From: Amphiscolops sp. MND2022
Lineage: Eukaryota
Length of the DNA stretch: 64,000 bases
Direction: 5' to 3'
Assembly: GCA_964187785.1 (NCBI GenBank)
Contig: OZ076409.1
Coordinates: 58,282,001-58,346,000 of the forward strand
Within the stretch, counting starts at the first letter, position 1; each line of letters starts with the position of its first letter. Position numbers and translations under genes: made by a program. This document shows positions 15,501 through 27,818 of this stretch, in pieces. The notes below the pieces were generated by a model that worked only from the letters and a program-made list of their open reading frames with translations, did not search any database and was not told the origin of the DNA.

Positions 15501-16930
15501 ATGCAATATGGATTTAGAAACAACATGTCTTGTGTCGATGCTATCGCTGCAATAACAGAATTCGTTCGTACTGAAATAGATAAGAAAGCACAAGGCCAAG
15601 CTTGCTTTATTGATTTGCAGAAAGCTTTTGATACGTTGGATCATCATATTTTATTGAAGAAGTTGGAAGATTATGGCTTTAGAGGGAAAATTTTCGAAAT
15701 TTTGAGAGATTATCTTTCAGACCGTTGGCAGTACATCAGTCATAATGGTGTTTGCACGGAAAAGCTTAAAATTGTGTCAGGCGTTCCCCAGGGTTCCGTC
15801 TTGGGTCCATTTCTGTTTCTTTTGTATCTCAATGACATTCATTTGTGTATCGGAAATTGTACCATGGCCATGTTTGCAGATGATACAACAATTTTAAGTT
15901 CAAAGCGCAAAGGTTTGTGTTCAATTCAATCAGATATGGACAATTTATCGCAGTGGTTCTGTCAAATAAGACTCAGTATAAAGAGATAAATGCGAAGCAG
16001 TTGCATTCGGACGCGGTCATCCCAGTGAAATTTTGATTTTAGACAAAATTCCTTATTCGAACGCGTGCAAGTATTTAGGTGTTTACGTTGACAAAACTTT
16101 GCGCTTCAGAGAACATATTGATTACGTCGAAAAAAAACTCAATAAGTTCTGTGGCCTGATATATCGCGTACGTCATATGTTTACACAAAAGTGTCTACTG
16201 ATGTTTTATAACTCCTTTGCAAAGTCCAGAAATTGTTATGGATTACTAATATACGGCTCTGCTGCCAAAGCAAACCTGTCGAAAATTGAAAAAGCCCAAC
16301 GACGAATTTTACGAGCCATTTTTTTCAAGAAGAAGTCTGATTCCCTACATGATCTTCTTAGAACGAACAAATTTTTGACAGTTTTTGAACTTTTCGTTCT
16401 CGAGAACATCAAAGAGCTTTTCAAGCAGCTTAGGTCAGAAGCACCTAAATCGTTCATAGTGCTTGATGCCAATGACGTGGGAACATATACAACTCGATGG
16501 AATATGAAAAAATTGATGCCGGCGCAATACAGTCGGACTGTTTTAAAAAGGAGATCCTTGGAAAATTTACTTCGCTTAACTTATAATTGGTTAATGGAAG
16601 CAGAGTTGATTCCAACATATTTGAGGAAACTATCAAGTTAAAAAGCTCATCACAAGTATAACCGCGAACTATGTAGTCGATAACAAGCATCTCTTTGCAT
16701 ATTACTTTGAAAAGGATTTATGCTAATAATGAAGTTTTTTTTCGGTAGTAGTGCTTAACGGACTAAGGGCGCTAATTGTTGTTAAACATCATTCTGAAAA
16801 AATTTTGAATTTGGTTCTTCAGGGCAGGAACTTTGACGAGCCAATAGGCTCTTTTCCTGTCCAGATTGGTTTCTATCATTTCATTTCATGTATTTTGTAT
16901 TTTTTTGTGTAATGATCCCAATCGAATAAA
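12540..16930 (+). mobile_element. Near full-length CR1/L2-like LINE (ORF1 plus broken APE-RT ORF2) in IARS2 intron 2
   Basis: ORF1 about 12737-13559 with coiled coil and PPPVVVKF/YINERL; ORF2 pieces 13815-14501 (LTETW, GDFN, CIDH), 14718-15989 (NYRPISLL, IDLQKAFD, GVPQGSVLGP, FADD), 16033-16641 (KYLGV); outer boundaries approximate. Confidence 0.9.
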
Positions 16931-16999
16931 CTTTTCTTTCTTCATTGCATTCTTTGAATAAGTGCTCACGGCTGGTTTTTTCGGTGTAGCTCGAGCTTT

Positions 17000-19900
17000 T
17001 GCTCAATTCGACAGTTCTATCGTTGAAAAAAATGCTCCAAGCCCTTTTTGTGTCCTTTTGTATTGTTTCTTTTTCGAGTATTGACAGCTTCAAAGTGTTA
17101 TTTAAAGAAAATCATTTTCGTCAGAACTTTCGCTGAAATATTTTCACACAGAATGTCATTGGGAGGCATGCCGCGCAAAACTTCTGCTGTTCTCCAATTT
17201 GGAGTAGAGTTAAGTCTCACAATAAAATGAATCCTTAGAGTTTCTCATGTTTCTCTTCGAATGGTGTCCATACAGTGCTACAATAGACAATGAGCGGCGA
17301 TATTAAGATTTTATGATGGGTTACCAATGTTAACTTCGATAGACCTCACTTCTCGTGCAAAACTGTCGTAACTCTTTCCTCTCCTGTTTGCTTCGTCCAG
17401 TCGTCTCTACCGAATGTTGTTTGGAAAATAACTTCTCGTCGACAATAACGGTATGAAATTTCGCTGCATGACTCTGGTGATGTACAGAACAGTACGATTT
17501 GTTTTTGAGCCCTAAATTTGGCGACACCATTGAAAATTAGACAGGTTCCCTTGAATGACTTGCTGAAGACTTTGCAGGTTGTTTGCAGTAACAAGAATTT
17601 GCGAGTCGTTTGCTTCTTTGAATTTTTCGCCACAGCAAGCTGTTAACTTAGCTGCGATTTAAAAACCAAAAAGAATCAGAGAAAGGACACAACTCTGTGG
17701 AAGGCCTTGTTTTGGAGTGAAGGCAGAGTTGTATGAACCATCCAGTTTTGTACGTACAAGACGATCTCTGAAGTATTTTGCGATAGTTTTGAAACGATTT
17801 CCTGTGTACCAGCGATCCAGAACTTCGAGATGTCCATTTTGTCAAACACTTTCGAAAGTTTTCGATCAGCACAAATTGATCAGTGCTGCTGTTTTTTTCC
17901 TAATTTTCTCGCGTTCAACTTTCAGTCTGAAGATCTGGTTGTGCTCTTGTTAGGGAGAAAACCTTCTTCTTCAGGGTCAATTAGATGATTACTTGGTTGG
18001 TTGTTAGCCGACTGTTGACAATTCGTTCAAAGACTCTGCCGATGTTACTGGGTTTTGTTAAAAGGCGATATGCTCAATGTGGTTTGCTTTCGAAAGCTTC
18101 TAGAAAAAAGGGCTTGGGCTTCATGCCAAGGCCATTCAGCTGTGACTAGGTAGTGGTTGAAGAGACTGACTAGAACAGTATGGGCGGACCTACCGGAGAG
18201 AAGGGCCGTTTTGGTTGTGTATATTGTCATCGTCCATTGAGGAAGAAGCATTTCGAAGTTTTTCGATGACTGAGTCGAGATCGTCAATGGATATTTCAAG
18301 GTTGTACCAATCTTTACAGGTGTAATGCGACATAGTTACGGGAAAAGCTGTCATGGAGTGCTCTTTTAGGTGCTTCCCGCTGACAAAAGTGTCCATCGAA
18401 ACGTTTGCTTCTCTCCCATCTACAAATCAAAGATGGGAGAGAAGCAGAGTCCCGTAGGTGACTTCAGTGGAGCAGGCATGTCGTCTTGGCGGGAAACATT
18501 TTTTCGACATAGCTTTAGAAGTTAGTGTCTACTTTTGCTTGTTCATTTCGTCTAGTCTGTATCTCGTCCAACCCGACGCAGCCAGCTTGATTTCATTCCT
18601 AAAGCTGATTTTTACTTTTCTGAAGATTTTCGTATTTTGTGGGCTAAACGTTTTCTGGAAAACGTTTCTCAAGATCCGTAAATCATGGCTCAATGATGTT
18701 AGTTTGTCCGTTCCCAAAAAGTTTGTTGTGTTTTGTAACAAACTTCATGGAATCTGTAATTCGCCTGTTCCTTCAAAAGCGTTTCTGAATTTCAGCCGAG
18801 CATTGAGAACATCGTTATAGATTTCAGCTTAGGATTAACCCAATGTGACAGCTTTTGTTTTAAAGTCATTTAATGCTGAAGACCGGAACGTCCCCCTTTT
18901 TTAGTATAGCCAGTGAGTAGTTCACTGTGCGTATCCAGCGTGTTGTACATGCTTGCTTGAGTTCTGTGAACTTGTATTTTCCATATCGATGACAGTCGTT
19001 CCATTTAATCCATGAAACGTGTAGTTTAGGATAAGCTCATTGTTTTCCTCTGTCACCGTATGTGTTGTTGCTGGTGTCGCACCAAAAAGTGCTAAATTAT
19101 GCCATTCAGTATATTCTCTACACAAAAGCCGCGGATGTTACGGTTAAGTTCAACTGAAGTAGGATATATTTCATCTCATCAGACATTGCTGTTCCAGGTT
19201 CGCGAGGCAATTCTGTCTTGTAGAAAACTAGGTATGGGCACGTTTCATTGCTGCTACGTTACACTTTGGATGCAAGTATTATGTATCTTTCACAGTTTGT
19301 ATCGTTCGATTGTCGAGTTGCCGGCAGCTAATCTATTTATGCACATTTTCTTGATCGCTATTGGCGGGTGACCCTGTGCATTTCCACTTTTCGGAAGGCG
19401 GTGATAAGACTTGGCGACATGTCCATAGCTTTGGCAGTTGTCGCAGCAAATACTGAGTATTCTTTCTTCTTGATTGAATTCATAAGGTTTGAAATACTGA
19501 TTGTTCAGGAAGAGACAGTTATGCGAAGCTAATTCAAGGTTGGATGCAAGTCAATTTTAACGGTATTCAAGATAGTTTGGTCTCGTTTGACAAATCGTTG
19601 TGCTTTCGCACCAGGGTACTCTTCAGCTGACAGTTTGTTCATTAGTGACTTCATGTTTTCATCAGTGAATTCAGACTCCCTTGGTACATTATACTCAGAA
19701 AGAAGTTCTAGCTGGTTTTCTGTCTTGGGCAAATGGTTCCCATTCCCAGATATTCTGCTTGCCAACTATCGTCTTACTCTCTTGCTTCCTCTATTGTTTC
19801 AAAATCGGAGTGTATTTGTTCTCTAGTGGTTCTGAATGTGTATAGCAGTTGTTTTATTTCACTAACTGTTACAGATGTTGCGTTTGATTTCAGTGGTTTT

Positions 19901-20850
19901 CTTTACTTTGATATTCCTGTTTTCAGTGATCAGGGGACTGAATTTAGGTCTCTTTTGGATATGGGTTGTCTAACACGAGGTTTTGGTAACTCAGTTGCTG
20001 CTGTTGCTGCATATAATACCCTTTTTCGACAGCATTTCACCGAGCTAATCTTGGGGACAACTCCATGTGCAACTTTGTTGATTGAAGGAATGATTGACGT
20101 TAGCTCTTTGCACTCTCATATTTTCAGAGGCGATAGAGGTTGCGTCGATTGCTTGCTCGACTTCGGTGTTAGCTGCCAAAAGTCTTCTTCGGTGTTCCTA
20201 ACTAGTATGAAAGATCGTATCGTTTTTCGTTGATGGATTTCAATCCATTGCTGCTCGACATATTCGTCGCGAACCCAAAGCATTCTTGCAGCACCACTTT
20301 ACTGAGAGTAAGCCATCGAGAGCCTTTGTTTTCTTCACTCAGATCGGTACTCGAATCGAATGGAATCACTGTTAGCATTCAACGGCACACGTACCTGTTA
20401 ATACCGAGTTGGCACAGTTCGCACTGGGGAGTGATCTGATGTTGACGGTGTGCGATCTCTATTGTTTTTGGTTTGCTTGGGAGGCATTTTGATCGTCTTC
20501 GCCTCGATTTGGACCGCTTCTGCACGAGAAGTACACGTAGGTTCTTGGTGTTTGAGGACAGTGAACTGTAGATTTGTTTCCACACCGAAATGAGGATAGA
20601 TATTCGAGCTCTTCTTACACCAGGGATTGGTTTTCTTCCTGTGAGAGTAAATGTTTCTTGTACTTTGATAACCAGTGAACAGTGAGTTATTTGTTTAGAT
20701 GTCCGAAGTTTGATCCGTCTACAGTAAATGAACGCTGCCATTCGCTTTGTGTGTTTCGAGTTCAAAAATGGATCTCTCTATGGTCCAAGAGCTGTTGTGA
20801 TTGCGGAATGAGAGTTAATATGTTGTTAATGAGATCATGCAAGATACCAA
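17000..20850 (-). mobile_element. Heavily decayed LINE with zinc-knuckle ORF1 and RT remnants
   Basis: Minus-strand CCDNCQSYGHVAKS near 19405-19450 (gag-like knuckle), ISIDDLDSVIEKLRN...DNIHN (18190-18396), LIDPEEEGFLPNKSTT and GLPQSCVLSLILF near 17670-17990; many stops and frameshifts. Confidence 0.65.
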
Positions 20851-20853
20851 AAT

Positions 20854-21273
20854 TTTTAGTCGGCGCTTTTCGAAGAAAAACGCAGACTATAGTAGTGACT
20901 TTTTTTAAGACCAACGAACTGACAGATTTTATAAATTTTATAAGTTGACCGACTAACACTAAACTGCCACTACTGCCACACTACTTCACTGCCACTTGGC
21001 ATAGAGGTTACGGCTTCTTTGAGGTCTGCCAAGCAGAAGGACATGGGTTCGAGTCCCGCCCTTGGCCAAAATTTTTTGTGCAATTTTTTTTTATCGGCTT
21101 TGTGAGACTTTTTTTTCGCAAATATCTCCAAAGGGTCCACCCGTCATTTTTTTGTCTATTTTGCAAAAAATGGATGTTCAAAGACTCCCCGAGTGCCCCC
21201 TTTTACATGTTTCGGCACTATGCGACTTACCGGAAACCAAAAAAAATCGAAAAAAATTCGTTCCCGGCTTGTT
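20854..21273 (+). mobile_element. Helentron-like family A copy with tRNA-like Pol III cassette
   Basis: TTTTAGTCGGCGCTTTTCGAAGAAAAACGCAGACT 5' end; A box TGGCATAGAGG at 20997-21007; B box GGTTCGAGTCC at 21046-21056; 3' CGTTCCCGGCTTGTT; closely similar to the inverted copy at 48089-48643. Confidence 0.75.
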
Positions 21274-21399
21274 GTTTTTTTCGTGCATCTCGGAACACGA
21301 AAAAAAAATTAGATTTTCGAATTGTCTTCGTGGCAAAAACTAATTCCTGGTATATGGGTATCGTTTTCACAACCGCGTTTTTGAAGGAATAAATCAAAG

Positions 21400-22150
21400 A
21401 GTCGTAAGTCTAATGTAATGAGCTCCGATTATTTGGATCATTTGATTTCAAAACAATAGGTGGAAGTATGCCGGTCTTTCAAGACAAAGCTAATCTAGCG
21501 CAAAATTGTAACTGGTAAACAGTTCGAAAACCAAATTTGGTCCTGATTGGGTTTGCTGTAAACCAGTTAAGGTCCAGATGAAACTGTTCTTGTCTCTCAG
21601 TCAATGTCTAGGTGAGGCTGCTCGGTAAATCAGTCAAGGTCCAGATGTGTCAATTGTCGGAATCGTTTTTCCAGTTGTAGTAGCCCTTCAACAAATCTAA
21701 TCTGAAATAGACTTATAAACAGCACAAAGCTATTTAATATTTTTAGCACAACAATTAGGCTCAAGCGCTGTATGTTGTTCAAGATGTACTTGATCAAATG
21801 AAGCATACAGTATCACTTTTTGACGATTTTCTCAGATTGTTTCACTCAATAGTAATCGAATAGACCTCAGTCAAAAGCTTTCGACATGTAGATCAAATCG
21901 AGTGGGCCAGTTTGACACAATGTTGCTTCTTCATTCAGTCAAGTTTGTCGGAAAAGTGCAGAAAAAGCATGTGCTATTTTCTAAGAGCTCACTCGAAAGC
22001 TGATATGTAGAGTCGTCATTTAACAACCAGCTTTGCGCAATTGTTTTGTTGGCCGAAAAAAAAAACAGATTAGTTCCAGATTTGGTCTTCCTCTGTAAAT
22101 TTCCACTTGATGTCTTCAGGAAACTTCCATTTGCAACCGAATGTCGTTTT
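21400..22150 (-). mobile_element. Possible old LINE RT remnant
   Basis: Minus strand GPLDLIYMSKAFD near 21865-21910 resembles the RT D-x-SKAFD motif; remainder degraded. Confidence 0.35.
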
Positions 22151-23016
22151 TGTCTGACAATTTCAACTCTATTTTAATTATTCCTAGTAAGCTGAAAAGT
22201 TATAAAAGCCGTAAATGGTTTTTTCTAGATCTTTTTGTCGGCCTTTGTTGTTAGCCAATTTTGATTGGCTACTCGAAGTCTTTAGCTCGTTTGTTTAATT
22301 CTCATGTGTTTAGGTCTCTAGTTTGTTCAATTCTCAAACGAAAAAGTGCTAAATTTTCGTCCGCCGACTTCATTGAAATGAAACGAACGAGTGGTGTTTA
22401 TTCTTACGCGGTGTGGTTGACGAATTTGAAACGCCATATACGCTTAGTAGTTGGATTTTCCCTAGTCGAGACGAGTCAAAGGCGGAGTACATTGTGTGCT
22501 ACATTATGAATTAACGGGAATGTATAGTTATTTCAGATATGTCTGTTAATAATTTATGAAGTTGACTATTATTGTATACTGAAGAAGTATCACTGTGCCC
22601 AGAAGGGGCCCGTTTTCTTTCAAGCGGCGCGTAATGAGAGCTCATGGGTTTTTGCATTGTTTTCGGGCAGTTCTGGCTCGTAGCTGAAACTGTTAAATTA
22701 TGGGTTTTTATTTCTGTCGTCCTCCAATCGCTGCGGCTTCCTGATCCCGTGTTAGTGTTCTCAGGAGACTTTATCTTTGCTCCCCGCGAGAATGGAAGAC
22801 TCGTGGGCCGGTAATTTTGGGCATGGTGTATGCCGTTTTGTGAAGAATATTCCGCCAGATATTTCACTTTTTGGTTTTCGAACTTTTCACGCGATGTCGC
22901 TCAGCTGCTCAATAGTGCCTGAATTGTGCAACAGCTACGAAGGGTTTTGAAATTTAATGAAAGTTAATCAGATGACCGACCTGTTAATTTTTTACTTTGA
23001 GACACTTTTGTTGTAT

Positions 23017-23960
23017 GAATGAATGAATGAATAATTTATTAATTTGTTACCCGAGGGCGTACAAATTACAAACAACAAAGGAAATGATAATTAGCTATTA
23101 CTGGATGTATAAGCTTTACCCAGTGTGAAAACTCTTGGAACTCTTGCCAAGATCTTGCATATTCTTACAATTTCCCGTTTACTCTTGAAACTCTTAATAA
23201 AATCTTGTTTATTCTTGCTTCACACAAACCTCTTGAATTTCTTGATAGTATTCTTGGTAAGAGTCTTATCAAGAGTGTCAAGAGAATGAATCATCAATTT
23301 TGTTTACAAGTATTTTGCTGTTGTTCGCACTACCAGCTACACTATCATTCTTTGAAGCATTGAATATAGGACAACACAAAGTAGTGACTTTCAGAACGTG
23401 ATAGCTTCGTTGGTAGCGCGATAAGCTGCGGCATAATAGGTACGCTGATCAAGCTGCAGTTGGCGTCGGTTTTTGTTTGTTTTCATTCACTTTTGTCAGT
23501 TCATCTCTTGAATTTCTTGGCACTATCTTGCAAGATCTTGCAAATTCGTGGATTTCTTGGTAAGAATCTTGGCAAGATTCTTACCAAGAAATTCAGGAAT
23601 ATCCAAGATTCTTATCAAGAGTTGCAAGAGTTTTTACAGTGGGTACAGACAATACCACATAGGGCGGAAAGTTTTTTTAGTAATTCAAAACTTACGGAGC
23701 TCATCAGCTGGTCAAATTTAACCATATTCGGATACGAGTAATAAAAATCCGGAACAAGTTCTACCCTACTATCTTTAAAATATTAACATACCATAATCAT
23801 GTGATATCCCCCCATAAACACATGTCCATTTTAGTTAAATTCATGTAGCACTCTTGAAAACTCAGTAACTTCCGATATTCTGAAATTTGATCTGTTCAAG
23901 GCTCTCGTTAATCGGGCAATGCGCTTTTGGAAGTCTTCCCTAGTAATGTTATATCTATCG
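23017..23960 (-). mobile_element. 3' end of a LINE with (CATT)n tail, interrupted by a MITE
   Basis: Minus strand AATAAA followed by TTCATTCATTCATTC at 23017-23045; C-terminal ORF2-like peptide DFYYSYPNMVKFDQLMSS near 23695-23750. Confidence 0.55.
23119..23643. mobile_element. MITE with TA TSD (Tc1/mariner-like) and TCTTG/CAAGA-rich ends
   Basis: TA|CCCAGTGTGAAAACTCTTGGAACTCTTG ... CAAGAGTTGCAAGAGTTTTTACAGTGGG|TA; second family member at 26694-27480. Confidence 0.75.
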
Positions 23961-23994
23961 GTTTTTAACTAAGAGATACCAGGTAAATTCAATT

Positions 23995-24240
23995 ATTTTT
24001 TTCCGCCCCACAAATTTATTTGTGTATGGGGAAGGGAAATCTAATATGTGTTGCGTTTTTTTCCAAATTCTGCCAAATCTCTACTTTATTACTGCATTTA
24101 GTAAATAATATTTTGGATATTTTAGTCACCGTTTCCCAGTTGGTAGTGCGTCTGCCTGGCAGACACGAGCTCATGGGTTCCAACACGTACTGAAGCGTTA
24201 AGTTTTTGGCGGAAAATATCCCGGTGCTCAGTGGTTGTCT
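23995..24240 (+). mobile_element. Helentron-like family B copy with tRNA-like segment
   Basis: TTTTCCGCC 5' end; GGCGGAAAATATCCCGG near the 3' end; internal CAGTTGGTAGTGCGTCTGCCTGGCAGACACGAG..GGGTTC shared with 33679-33978. Confidence 0.6.
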
Positions 24241-24869
24241 ACTTAACTTATAATTAATATATCCGAAGATTTTGGAAACTCAGATGCTTACTGTTGGTAC
24301 TAATTTCATAAAATTTTTTGCCCTTCAAAACTTCATCAAACATCGTTTATCTTGTTGTGCAACTCTACACCTTGATCAAGTCTGCGTATTTGATGTATAC
24401 TTACATACAACCTGAAAAACTGTTTCCATAGTCTCAGGTATTTTGTTCCTAGTTTTAATGACCTTGAATTGTGGCTTTTCGTGTTAATATAGTGCATAGT
24501 TCTACTGTGTTTCTTCTATTTAATAAATAAACACACAGCAGTGTCAGAATTACCGAGACGTAGTTTTGAGCAAGTTTGCATGTGTTTTTGATAACGAGGC
24601 GTCAATTGATCCCTTGATACTATGTTTCCTCGTTTCTGACAAAATACAAATTCATAGATAATATCCAACGTTTCACCATTCTTGTTAATGGATAACTAAC
24701 AATGCGTGTTTTCCCAAGCAAACTTCAAGCAACACTTCTTGGGTTTACGGTTTTCTGAATTGTTTTCATGTTGGCTGAACTTGACAGAAATATTTAATAG
24801 TTTAACAGAAATAGTTAATATCTCAGGCTTGTTTCGTCAGCTTGATTTGATAAACGAGTTACTTTTGAA

Positions 24870-25002
24870 ATTTCTTCCATCATACAGTTGCCATTTTCCA
24901 TGCGTTCAAAAACGTATCCAAAAAGGTCTCAAAAGCTGCTTCCTGATGTCAGTTTCTGCATGGAAAATGCATGGAAAATGGCAACTGTATGATGGAAGAA
25001 AT
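24870..25002. repeat. 34-bp perfect inverted repeat with about 65-bp spacer
   Basis: ATTTCTTCCATCATACAGTTGCCATTTTCCATGC (24870-24903) is the reverse complement of 24969-25002. Confidence 0.85.
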
Positions 25003-25014
25003 GATGGAGAAGAA

Positions 25015-25454
25015 ACCTTTGCAAGCATAAAAAATTTGGTTTAGACGAGACTCGAACCCACGTCCTTCTGCTTCTCAGACCTTGTCACCAGGGCTGGTAA
25101 TCCGCGTTAACCGCAGGAGCAAGTTCACAAAATTTGTTAAACTTGAAATTTATAAAAGTGGATGTTACAGAGTGAATGAAGAAAAAAACTGTAAGAGTCG
25201 TTAAGTTTTTTTTCGGAAAAGCGCCGACTAGTAGCACTTTTCGGCGCTTTTCCGAAAAAAAACTTAACGACTCTTACAGTTTTTTTTCTTCATTCACTCT
25301 GTAACATCCAATTTTATAAATTTCAAGTTTAACAAATTTTGTGAACTTGCTCCTGCGGTTAACGCGGATTACCAGCCCTGGTGATAAGGTCTGAGAAGCA
25401 GAAGGACGTGGGTTCGAGTCTCGTCTAAACCAAATTTTTTATGCTTGCAAAGGT
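25015..25454. repeat. 440-bp near-perfect palindrome made of two head-to-head family A 5' halves
   Basis: Arms 25015-25227 and 25241-25454; 13-nt loop CTAGTAGCACTTT; two substitutions and one 1-nt homopolymer difference seen by eye. Confidence 0.95.
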
Positions 25455-25532
25455 AGAGCAAAGAAAAAACTCGTGAGCCGTTTCCGGCTTGTTTTCTAAA
25501 GCTGCGGAACTGATCATAACGTTTCATTTTAG

Positions 25533-26183
25533 GAAGCAGCAACGTGGAACCGAGACGTCTGTACCCGGCTGATTTTGTGACCGACAAAGTGGGGACCGGT
25601 TTTGTTCACATAGCACCTTGTCACGGAGAAGAGGACTATAATTTGGCGAAAGAGATGAACATCAATTTCACCACTGCCGTAGATGCCACTGGAGTTTTTC
25701 AGTGCAACGTCCCAGAGCTGAATGGGAAGCCCGCTTTGTCATCTGGAAATGAAGCATGCGTTGATTTAATGGAAGAACATGGGTTTTTGTTCCACCGGGA
25801 AAAAGTCACTCATTCTTATCCTTGTGATTGGAGAACCAAAAAACCTGTCATGACTATTCTCAGCAAGCAGTGGTTTATTGATGTGTCAAAATTCATTCAT
25901 CAAGCTATTGAGTCGCTCAACCAAGTAACATTCATCCCCAGCAATGCTAGGGAAACTTTCAAAAAGATGTTAGCTCAGCGAAACAGTTGGTGTATATCGA
26001 GACAACGATTTTGGGGGGTTCCTTTGCCTGTATTCTATGACCAAGATGGTGAAGTGGTATTGGATGACGTCATTTTACGCCATTTGATTGGCTTGTTTAG
26101 AGAGAAGGGTGTGAATTCATGGTTCAGTCTCACTTCCGACCAGTTGCTTCCTGACTCATACAAAACAAGAGGCTTAACCAAAG
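25533..26183 (+). CDS. IARS2: IARS2 coding exon 3
   Basis: GTGFVHIAPCHGEEDY, HSYPCDWRTKKP and WCISRQRFWGVPLP; acceptor TTTTAG|GA and donor AAAG|GTATA are phase-compatible. Confidence 0.95.
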
Positions 26184-26613
26184 GTATATCATAATTACTT
26201 CGAAATATCGTTAGGAATCATATTAAGTTTATCGCGTAATGTATTCATTAAAACTGGTAGTATACGAACAAAAATTTTTGATACTTACGAATACAAAGCT
26301 TGGGTATAATTGTCTCCTTTCGTTGACGACTTTGTTGTTTTCAATTGAAGCTTGAGTAAACTTTTGTCTGTTGAGTAACTTGCATTTTGGAATGTTTCTA
26401 GTGAAATCATTTTTGTTTCCGGCAAAATAGCAACTTTATTAAGGCCAAAAGGCGCCATATGTTAAAAAAAGCAACAACGTGTTTATTTAGTGAAGGCGTC
26501 AACTCCCTAGTTGTTGGAGACATGGAGAACGATAACTTGCACAAACGCATTTAAATTCCTTTTTCCGCTGTTTTTCATATGTGGCACGAAAAATTATATC
26601 TCAGCCTCGTTTG

Positions 26614-27818
26614 CAGAGATTTGACGCTAATCGCTATAGCGCCGCTTTAGCGTTAGCGAGAGATTCCATTAGCGGAAATTAGCGCAATACATACCCAGTG
26701 GAAAATATCTTGAAACTCTTGCCAAGAATCTTGCAATTTCCTGAAAGCCTTGGTAAGAATCTTGACAAGATTCTTACCAAGGGCGCCAAGAATATTACGA
26801 TCTTGCAAGATCTTGCCAAGACCTTCAAGAAAAATGCCTAATTTTTTCAACTGAAAAAACGCACAAAAAGGGTTTTCGTACAAAAAACCTCTTGGGAAAA
26901 ACCAAGAATCTTGTCAAGAAATCCAAGAAATGCCAAGAATCTTGTCAAGAAATCCAAGAAAATCCAAGAAATGCCAAGAATTTTGCCAAGAAATCCGGGA
27001 AAATCCAAGAAAAAGGCCTTTACTTTCATTTATATTTAGTAAAAGTTATGCTCTTAAGCACCACTAATATAGAGAATTGGTGAACTGAAATTAGTATACT
27101 GTAGTAGTATAATACAGTTCCAGGTCTAAAAAGACAATGTCAATTGGTACCAAACTTTGTTTCGTATTATTACAACGTTATCAATCTGATTCCACAATTT
27201 GGCTCCAAAATACTTTTGGGAGGTTTCCCTGATTTCATATTTGATATTTTTCCATATTTCCGCTGGAAATTTCATTATAAACAAAATTCGTTCCATACGA
27301 ACGCTCCTGGTTGGTGTTTGATGAAATGCATAAATTATAACAGACTTGCTAAATGCAGTTCCACCTCCCGGTTTTCTTGACAAGAATCTTGGCAAGATTC
27401 TTCTAAAGAATTTCAAGATTTTTCAACAGTCCAAGATAATTCAAGATCTTATCAAGGGTTTCAAGATATTTTACTCTGGGTATTATTTAGCGACCGCTTA
27501 GCGATGGTGTTTTCCTATTGGTCACTTTTCTAAAACAACGCTTTATTTTGCATCAAACATTACATATATATCAAATTGTCTCTACATATACTGATTCCTT
27601 CCAAGAACTGTTATATATCTCCAAAACGATCTCGACTTTACAGTGAAATGTAAATTTAATGGGAATTAACTATGGACATAAAATGTGAATTAACATTTCA
27701 CTATGGATTTAATTAGCGTTAGCGATTAGCGACTGTCAATTAGCGAAGCTAGCGGTTAGCGATATGTAATTAGCGTTAGTTAGCGATTAGCGAAAAAAAC
27801 TAGCGAGTCAAATCTCTG
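26614..27818. mobile_element. hAT-type MITE with TTAGCG subterminal repeats
   Basis: TIR CAGAGATTTGAC/GTCAAATCTCTG; 8-bp TSD CTCGTTTG/CTCTTTTG (7 of 8 match); many TTAGCG motifs at both ends; carries a nested TA-MITE. Confidence 0.85.
26694..27480. mobile_element. TA-TSD MITE nested in the hAT MITE
   Basis: TA|CCCAGTGGAAAATATCTTGAAACTCTTG ... CAAGGGTTTCAAGATATTTTACTCTGGG|TA; internal CCAAGAAA/CAAGAATCTT repeats. Confidence 0.75.

Noticed and set aside
20990..21065. Functional tRNA genes at the GGTTCGA motifs (also near 24170, 25410, 30913, 33890, 48420)
   Set aside because: No convincing acceptor stem or cloverleaf; all lie inside repeated elements, so treated as tRNA-derived cassettes.
22511..22867. 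118-aa minus-strand ORF as a nested gene
   Set aside because: No recognisable domain or splice context; it lies among LINE debris.
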